DNA of 64,000 bases from Eledone cirrhosa (lineage: Eukaryota). A program made the position numbers and the translations under genes. The notes under the pieces were generated by a model. That model was not told the DNA's origin and ran no database searches. It saw only the letters and a list, made by a program, of their open reading frames with translations. Every line of letters begins with the position of its first letter. Positions within the stretch are counted from its first letter, which is position 1. Of this stretch, positions 53,381 through 64,000 are shown one piece after another. The stretch spans positions 245,892,001 to 245,956,000 of the forward strand of contig OZ024742.1 of assembly GCA_964016885.1 (NCBI GenBank). Reading direction: 5' to 3'.

Positions 53381-54434
53381 TAAATAGTGAAAAAAATTAG
53401 TTTAATTTACATTGACAACAGGATTAATGTAGCATATGGTGATGATTTGTTGTTGTTGTCACAGTTCACATCTATGTAAGTTTAGCTTACCTCCTATGGG
53501 GTTTCATCTCTTAAGTTTCTTCTGTGTTTTAATGATAGGGGCCTTAGTTCTATCAATGGCGAAGGCCAGATGTAGATATTCATAATTTCATAACCTGCTG
53601 CAATACGTATTTCTGTGGTGTTAATAATTACATAATGTTATCATCACACAACTACCAACACAATTTCATCAGGTAGTATCCCAAGTAATAGAGTTGTTAT
53701 TTAACTTTTGTAATGAAATACATTAAGGGGACAGATGAATTTGATGTTGCTTCTATGAGAATCCTTCCCCTTATTATATACTAGAATTTTTTTTCCATAC
53801 ACTGACGCGTATGTGTGTGTATGTGCATATGCATACATTATATGTATGAGTATATAAATATAAATACACAAACACACAAAAATACACACTCACAGGCATA
53901 CATTCACACAAATAAACACATTTACACAAACACACACATAGACTCACACACAGCGTAGTTTTTTCACCATCCCTTCCTTCCTTTTACACACACATACATT
54001 CATGCAAGCAGCAGATGTAAAGAGAGAGCAGTAGTATGAGGTAGTCAAACTACTCCTCTCTCTTTACCTGTTGTGACAGAATTGCAGAAGTTTATATAGA
54101 GATATGTGTGTGACCTTATGATTGTGAGTTCGACATCCTAACCCATTATGTTGATGGATGTTACCCTAGATTGACTAATGTAACTCAAATTGAGTTGTAC
54201 AGTTCAGGTATTATTTAAGTATCATCAGAGGCATAACATGGCATGTGCCACGGGTGCCACTTGGACAAGGAGCATTTTCAGATAAGCTATCATTGGTGAA
54301 GAGTGCAAAAAGAAACTTCTTCAGATGTCTGTCTTTCATTAACATGGGTGAAAAGTAAAAAAAAAAAAAAAAAAGAAAAAAAAAGTAGAAACAATTATCA
54401 TGGGTGAGAAGCACTATAGTGGCTGGATCATTAA

Positions 54435-54615
54435 CCCTTTAGCATTCACATTACTCTATAGTTACTATTGTATTTTTGTGGTATCTATGAGATTTTGATG
54501 TTATTTATTTTGAGAACAATACCTTATATACCTATGAGTAACCAGTTACGGTTGGTTTGAACAGAAAGAGGTGAGAGAATTCTGGCTGGATACGGCCGGT
54601 TTAAATGCTAAAGGT
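54435..54615. mobile_element. piggyBac-type MITE copy (family of 2968-3185)
   Basis: TTAA|CCCTTTAGCATTCACATTACTCT ... AAATGCTAAAGGT|TTAA. Confidence 0.88.
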
Positions 54616-54636
54616 TTAAACCATTTATATAAATTA

Positions 54637-55555
54637 CTAGCAGTGGTACCTGGCGTTGCACGGGATAAGGTATTTTGGAACGCGGGCCGCCAACAGACCT
54701 AATCGTGGAAAAACTGAATGCCAGGACAATATGTAAAGAAAATAAACCGAATACTCTGATGGCTGGATAATCTTTAAGATTTTCCTCGATGAAGCAGGAA
54801 AAATGCAGGTTTTCACCTAATGCGGGCCCTAGGGGATCAAGAAAATGAATTTTTTTTATGTGCATAATATGCCTTGAAATTTCGGCTAGACGTAATGCCT
54901 CCAAAAAGCCCTAAGAAACTGAAAAAATGAAGTTTTTCACCTAACGTGGGACCTAGGCCATAAAAAAAGTTGGATTTTCTTTGCTCACAGTATGAAGAAG
55001 AAACTGACTAATACATAGTTACAATTTCAAGGAAATCGGTCTGATGTAACGCCTCAAAAAAACCTTAAAAAGCTTTAAAAACGCAGTTTTTCACCTAATG
55101 TGGGCCCTAGGAGATCAAAAAGTTGAATTTTTGTATGTGCATAACACTCCCTAAAACATAAGTAATACACATGTAAAGTTTGAAAAATATCGGTTGGGTA
55201 CTTCTCGAGTTTTAGGGATTCAAACTCACAGATGCACACATACACATACACACATCCTCAGGGAAGTGACGTAATGCAGATAGCCAGACATACAGACAGA
55301 TATTATAAGGGCGCGACGTTATCTGTATGTATCTAAAAAGAGAAAGACTAAGAATTATAGAGAGAGACCGCTAAATCGCCTAATGCGGTCCCTAGGGCAT
55401 TGGAAATTTGAAATTTGTTTTGCTCAGAACACTCCCTGAAACATAAGTATTACATGTGTAAAGTTTGAAAAGAGTCAGTTGGGTGTGTCTAGAGTTTTAG
55501 GGATTCAAACTCACACACACACACAGACAGACATCCTCAGTTTTATATATATAGA
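54637..55555 (-). mobile_element. Non-autonomous Helitron
   Basis: The minus strand starts A|TCTATATATATAAAACTGAGGATGTCTGTCTG and ends with hairpin CCCGTGCAACGCCAGG...CTAG|T (A-T target, no TSD). Internal CCTAATGCGGGCCCTAGG-like repeats at ~54816, 54940, 55094 and 55379. Confidence 0.85.
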
Positions 55556-55992
55556 TTAGGCCCATATTTAAAAATACAGGGCAGGGGTGCAATTTCACTG
55601 CATGTCATGGGCACTATTTTCCCTAGCTACACCTCTGAATATTATGATTATTAAATGAACATGTAAACATGTTGATTAGTGATGACAGACTGTATTGATG
55701 ATGATTAGGCATAAGATGCTCTGATTCTGTTCACCTAAATATTGATAAATACCACTGTGGGAGTACAGTTAACCACCTTAAACAACGAAAATTCTATATA
55801 ATTGATGCATGTTTTATTGAATATTTGGCAGTTTAGAATTCAACTGTTCCCATTGGTGTATAGCTCCCTAGGTTGACTTCTTGTAAATACACTGCATAAA
55901 AAAAGGCATTAGTGATGTTCTATATTGACTTAATGGTTTATGAGATTTTGCTGTGCACAGAAATTATTCTTTTTAAACATTATCAACTTTAA

Positions 55993-56244
55993 CCCTTTCG
56001 TTACTGATACTTCTAATGAAAGACGCTGTCTATGATTTTCTATTAATTTTGAAAATAACAAAAAAATCTGGAGGGATTTAATAAAATAATTAACTTTCTC
56101 ATTAAGCTGGTGTTTGAAACATTACTTACCAAAAAGTTCTTACACAAAATTATGATAGGTTTTTAAATAAATATAAATACTTTAAAACAAACAGTTTGTA
56201 TCATAGAATCAGTGGTTGTTTCAGCTGGTTTGGTATCAAAGGTG
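55993..56244. mobile_element. Second TTAA-type MITE family (degenerate); related piece at ~63720-63935
   Basis: TTAA|CCCTTTCGTTAC ... GGTATCAAAGGTG|TTAA. Confidence 0.6.
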
Positions 56245-56859
56245 TTAAAGTAGTTCAAACGAATTTCACAATGTGACTGAAAGAGGTTCAAAGTTTGAAC
56301 TAATTTTATGTGATAAATTATATGTTGTTCTTTTTGAACTTGTGTCTGTGAATAGTTAAACTGGAGAAAATATATTTGTACTATCCTCTTTGTTATTCAG
56401 TCCTAGTTGCTAATAAAGAAATTGTTGTTGATGTTGTTGTTATCATTATATGGCAGTAAATTGGTGAAGGCATGTGGCTTGGTGGTTAGAGAATTGCATT
56501 CACAATTGTGAGGTTGCGAGTTTGATTCCTGGACCAGGTAATGCATTATGTCCATGAGCAAGATACTTTATTTCATGTTGCTCCTTCTGCCAGGAGTTGC
56601 AGCTGGTAGGTAGTATCACCAATGGAAAGACCAAATGAAACATTGTTTCCTTGGTCCTATTTGTCAAGTTTCATCCCATTCGGTAAGTGAATGAGGTTTG
56701 GCAACTTATTGATTGATTCAAGAGTAAATTGGTAGAATTGGATAACATGACTTGCTGAATTTTATCACATTATCTTTTACATTCTGAGTTCAAATGAACT
56801 TTGCCTTTAATGTCTTAGGGGTTAATAAAATAAATTACCAGTCAAGTTCTGGAGTGTTT

Positions 56860-57260
56860 TTTCTTTTACTTGGTAGGTCTGGAGGAAAGAGCAGTGCTCA
56901 TGGCCAACATAGGTCCTCTGTGACTGGAGAGTAGTAGATGCTGTTAATATTCTGTTTAAACAGTTGTAGATCCAGTCATTTTGGAAAGACATGAGAAGAA
57001 AGGGAGTTCAAGAGGACCAGGAAGGACTGGGCAAAGTGGTTAGTGCAGGGCTAGGAGGAAGGGGGATTGAATACAATATGGGTGGTAAGAAGAAGAGAGA
57101 CGAGTGACTTCGGAGTACCTGAGTGGAAGTAGTATTAGATTAGCAAGCTCTGAGGAGCAGAGATCTTGTAGTAATTGTAGATGAGGCATAAGAAGACAGC
57201 ACATGTATGGACCAGAGGTTGGGGAATGTCAATGAGAGGCACAACCATACCACCTATATA
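56860..57260 (-). mobile_element. Decayed CR1/L2-like LINE 3' end
   Basis: The minus strand gives ...LLNSLSSHVFPK..DLQLFKQNINSI, resembling the WNSLP..VFP....L..FK C-terminus. Confidence 0.55.
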
Positions 57261-57914
57261 AGAATGTATGGTCTTGTGTCTATCTTAACATTTATTTTCC
57301 TTGAAAAGATGAGTATGGAGATTGAGGTGCTGTGTTCCCGTGAATTTCATGAAAGCTGCACAAGACTGGTGAAACTGGTATGCTAAAATGGGTATTGATA
57401 TTCAGCTTCAGGCTAGCAACAACAACTAAAACAGGACACTTGCCTATGATATCTCAGTGTAATCAAGGGTTTCATGTGAAATGATTTGAATCACCTAATG
57501 TGGTTAACCTCCTCTCTTCATGTTGAAGATCCTTTATTGTTGTTATTTAGTTATTCTTTATTGTTCAGTTATTACTTATTGTTATAAAGGTAATGGATTA
57601 GCAGAGTCATTAGAGCGTTGGACAAATGCTCAGCAGTATTTGTTCTGAGTTCAACTTTGCCTTGAATTCTTCCGAGGGTGATAAAAAGTACCAGTTCAGA
57701 ACTGTGGTTGTTTCTTTCTCTATATCTCTTTCTTACTTCCTTACTATCAGATTCTCTCTCCTTCTCTGGAAGAAATCATATGTGTTATAACAGCTCTGAA
57801 AATTCATCATCTCTGCTGATAAAATCAAGTACCAGTAAAGTACTGAGGTTGATGTAATCAACTTTTGCCTTCTCCCAAAATTGCTAACCTTGTGCCTGTG
57901 CTCTTCTTCGCTGA

Positions 57915-58283
57915 CTTATTCCTGGGAGGGTTGTGGGGCCAGAGTCCTCAAACACTCCTTCCAGCAGGTTATGTCAGAAACAACCATCTCCAATTGATCC
58001 AGTTGAAGATCATGAACAGAAGAGGTGACAGTACGCATGCTTGGCAGAGTGAGACACCCAGATTGAATGTTTTCAATTTAGCACAATTTATCTGAACACA
58101 AATACTAGGGCATTCATATAGAGACATCAAAGCAACACGAAACTGTCTATCAATCCCATACTCCTGCAGAACTTCCATAACAGGCCCTGTGGAACATGGT
58201 CATATGCCTTTTTGAGATCTACAAAACAAGAATACACCTCTTGGTAATACTCCCACAATTTCTCAAAGACCTGCTGCAGTGAA
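57915..58283 (-). mobile_element. Internally deleted RTE LINE (RT segment joined directly to the 3' end)
   Basis: SLQQVFEKLWEYYQEVYSCFVDLKKAYDHVP...GVSLCQACVLSPLLFMIF is followed at once by a 3' end similar to 5810-5890. Confidence 0.75.
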
Positions 58284-58297
58284 ATCATTATTACTTA

Positions 58298-58700
58298 GTG
58301 GATTGGCAGTATCGGTAGAGGGTCGGACGCTATGCTTTGCAGCATAGTTACGTCCCTTTACGGACTTAGTTCAAATCCCGCCGAGGTTAGCTTTGCCTTT
58401 CATCCTTACGGGGTCGATAAAATAAAGTACCAGTAATGCACTGGGTAATTGTTGGCCTTGTGCCAAAAGTAGAAACAATTATTACTTATTGTTAAGGGTG
58501 GTGGATTGGCAGCATAGGTAGAGGGTCAGACGTCATGCTTTGCAGCATAGAGTTACGGCCCTTCACAGTCTGAGTTCAAATCCCGTCGAGATTAACTTTG
58601 CTTTTAATCCTTACGGGGTTGATGAAATAAAGTACCAGTAAAGCACTGGGATAATTGCTGGCCATGTGCCAAATGTAGAGACAATTATTACTTATTGTTA
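58298..58700 (+). mobile_element. Two tandem tRNA-SINE family A copies (~58298-58493, ~58497-58700); degenerate copies at ~56720-56850, 57590-57710, 57815-57900
   Basis: Each has box A, GTTCAAATCCCG box B, the CCTTACGGGGT(C/T)GAT core and the tail ACAATTATTACTTATTGTTA. Confidence 0.9.
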
Positions 58701-58815
58701 TATATTTATTATTTCTCTTCATTGTAAATGTTAATGTCACCTGTTTAGTCACTCTAAGAACACAAACACTATTTTTGTATTTCATCTTTGTACTGTCTCT
58801 AGCATCTTGGGCAAT

Positions 58816-59362
58816 TCATCATCATTTTATGTCTGCTTTTCCATGCTTGCACGAGTTGGTCCTTTTCAGCACAGCATCTCTCCACTGTTGCAATCCTTTG
58901 TCATCTTTACCATGAGCTCTAATAATTTGAGATCAGCTCTCATCACTTCCACCCAGGTCTTTCTTGGTTTTTCTCTACTGTGGCTTCCTTCCACTGAGAT
59001 TTCTTGGCACTTCTTAACCCAGCAATCATCATCGATACACGTTACATATCCTTACCAGCACAGTGTCCTCTCTTGCTCACTACATCTCATTCCTCATATA
59101 CACAGTTTCTCTCTCAGTTCATCCATGCTTTATGTTTTATTGTTTATGCCCATTACCTTGCACATCCATTGAAGCATGTTCTCTTCATTTCTCTTCAGCC
59201 TTCACACATCCTCTGCATTTTTTTCACTGCCCATCTTTCCCTTCTATGCAACATTGCACATTGCACACAGGCATCATACAGTCAACCTTTCTTTCATAGA
59301 AAGAAAGCATTTGTTGTCAACAAGGGCAGTAGGTTCCTAAACTTCTACCATCCCATTCTTAT
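58816..59362 (-). mobile_element. Old decayed RTE 3' fragment related to 8218-8893
   Basis: TCATCATCA tail plus TTCCATGCTTG as at 8218-8261; degenerate KFRNLLPLLT...LYDACVQ on the minus strand. Confidence 0.65.
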
Positions 59363-59699
59363 TGTGAATAATAAAAGAAATCATTATTATTATTATTAAT
59401 ATATTTATTATCATTATAACAAACTTACCTTATATGTCTTTAATCGTTATTTTTACTGTCGTTGTGAGTTTATAATATATATATGAGAATGTGAGTATGT
59501 ATGTGTGTGTATTAACAGATACATATTTGTGTATATATTTGTTGTATGAGAACATGTATGTGTATAAGTCACTTATATTATACTCTGAGTATACAGTGAG
59601 ATGTAACATGAATGTACATGTTATAGACTATGTGTACGTGCATGTATGTGTATGTCTATGTACATGTGAGATCATATATGTACATATATGTGTGTGTGG

Positions 59700-59875
59700 T
59701 AGGTAGCTACCCAGAGTGGAACATTTCTAGATGTGCCCTACATGTGGGAGAGGATTTCGAAATCAGAAAGGTCTCCTCAACTACCGATAGGACAATGGCC
59801 AACTGGACCAAACCAGACCAGTCATACAAGACCAGAGCCAATGGTGAATTTTGGCTATCTTCAACAATGAGTGTG
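59700..59875 (+). mobile_element. Possible RTE 3' fragment with C-terminal zinc-finger remnant
   Basis: One frame gives CPTCGRGFRNQKGLLNYR; no splice context was seen. Confidence 0.4.
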
Positions 59876-59944
59876 TAATATAAAATCTACATACATATGT
59901 AAGTACCTACATACATACACATAGTTTTTCTAGTATTTATTCAT

Positions 59945-63111
<3,167 letters not shown>

Positions 63112-63949
63112 AATATATATATAATGAGTATATATCTGTGGATGGGTGTGGGTGAATGTGTGGAAAACTGAAATAGAAAACAATGTTCTGTTTAGCAAGC
63201 AACTTCAGCTGTCAGGTGGCCTGATAGATCCAATCAGTCATCTAGCTGACATACACTTGCTACCCCACAGTTAATCCAATGTTCCTCTGGTTTTTCAGAG
63301 GGAAGCTGCAAAAATAGTACAAAATTGGTGGAGTGTCCAGTAGTGGATAAAGTCCCACGTCGGGCAGTTGTCTTGTACACTGGACATGAGTAACTTTGTA
63401 ATGGTGTAAATTTCTCTATGTCGTTGGGTTTTAGCCAGATCTTTGGTGCTGAGTTAAGGAGTATGACTCAATGAGAAATTAGGAAGGATCCAGGCTCCTG
63501 GAATTCTGTGATGCCAATGATCTAACTATCTTTAACACAAACTTCAGAAAACCAACCAATAAATAGATTTCATCTGTACCAGAAAATGAAATCGATTGTT
63601 GTAAACACCAAGTCTCTTTTTGGTGATGAATACAGCTCTGAACATAATCCAGTAGTTAGCAACATTAAAGTTAAAGCTAGACAAACTTGGCAACTTGGAG
63701 AAGGTCATAGAAACTGAAGGAGCCCTTTTTATACATACATACCCCAAAACTGCCTATGATTCTATATACATACATACCCCAAAACTGCCTATGATTCTAT
63801 AAATAAAAACCACTGATTGTAAAATGTTCCTATATAAATCAAAGTCTTCGATCATAATTTCATATAAGAACTATATCTTAGTAATAAAATTATTAATAAT
63901 TTTAGTAAATACCTCAACATTCTTCATTGGTTGAAAGGTGACTGATTAA

Positions 63950-64000
63950 CTCTTTAGTATTTAAACTGGCCGTATCTGGCCAGAATTCTCTCACCTCTTT
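63950..64000. mobile_element. Start of another piggyBac-type MITE copy (inverted relative to the others)
   Basis: TTAA|CTCTTTAGTATTTAAACTGGCCGTATCTGGCCAGAATTCTCTCACCTCTTT is the reverse complement of the right end of 4190-4357. Confidence 0.8.

Overview
AT-rich animal genomic DNA. The repeat content suggests a mollusc, probably a cephalopod such as Octopus (inference only). The window holds the last five coding exons (+ strand) of a receptor-type guanylyl cyclase catalytic domain: 3753-3821, 5098-5272, 8092-8190, 9333-9424 and 52847-52939. All have GT-AG boundaries and compatible phases. The last coding intron (9425-52846, 43,422 bp) is about 91% filled by one ~39.5-kb satellite of 18/19-bp monomers (GAATATTGTTAGTTCTTCA / GAATATTGTTAGTTATCA). 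It starts 6 nt after the splice donor and has nested higher-order repeats (1326, 2411, 2745, ~5030 bp) plus an apparently exact 9000-bp duplication. On the transcribed strand each monomer reads as AATATT + GT...AG and carries GUUAGU. The remainder is transposon debris: a frame-intact RTE LINE, several RTE 3' fragments (some with TSDs), a Penelope-like GIY-YIG fragment with a nearby minimal hammerhead ribozyme, a mariner relic, TTAA-type MITEs, non-autonomous Helitrons, two tRNA-SINE families and long microsatellites. There are no prokaryote-type genes and no CRISPR array. Most ORF-track entries are repeat artefacts.
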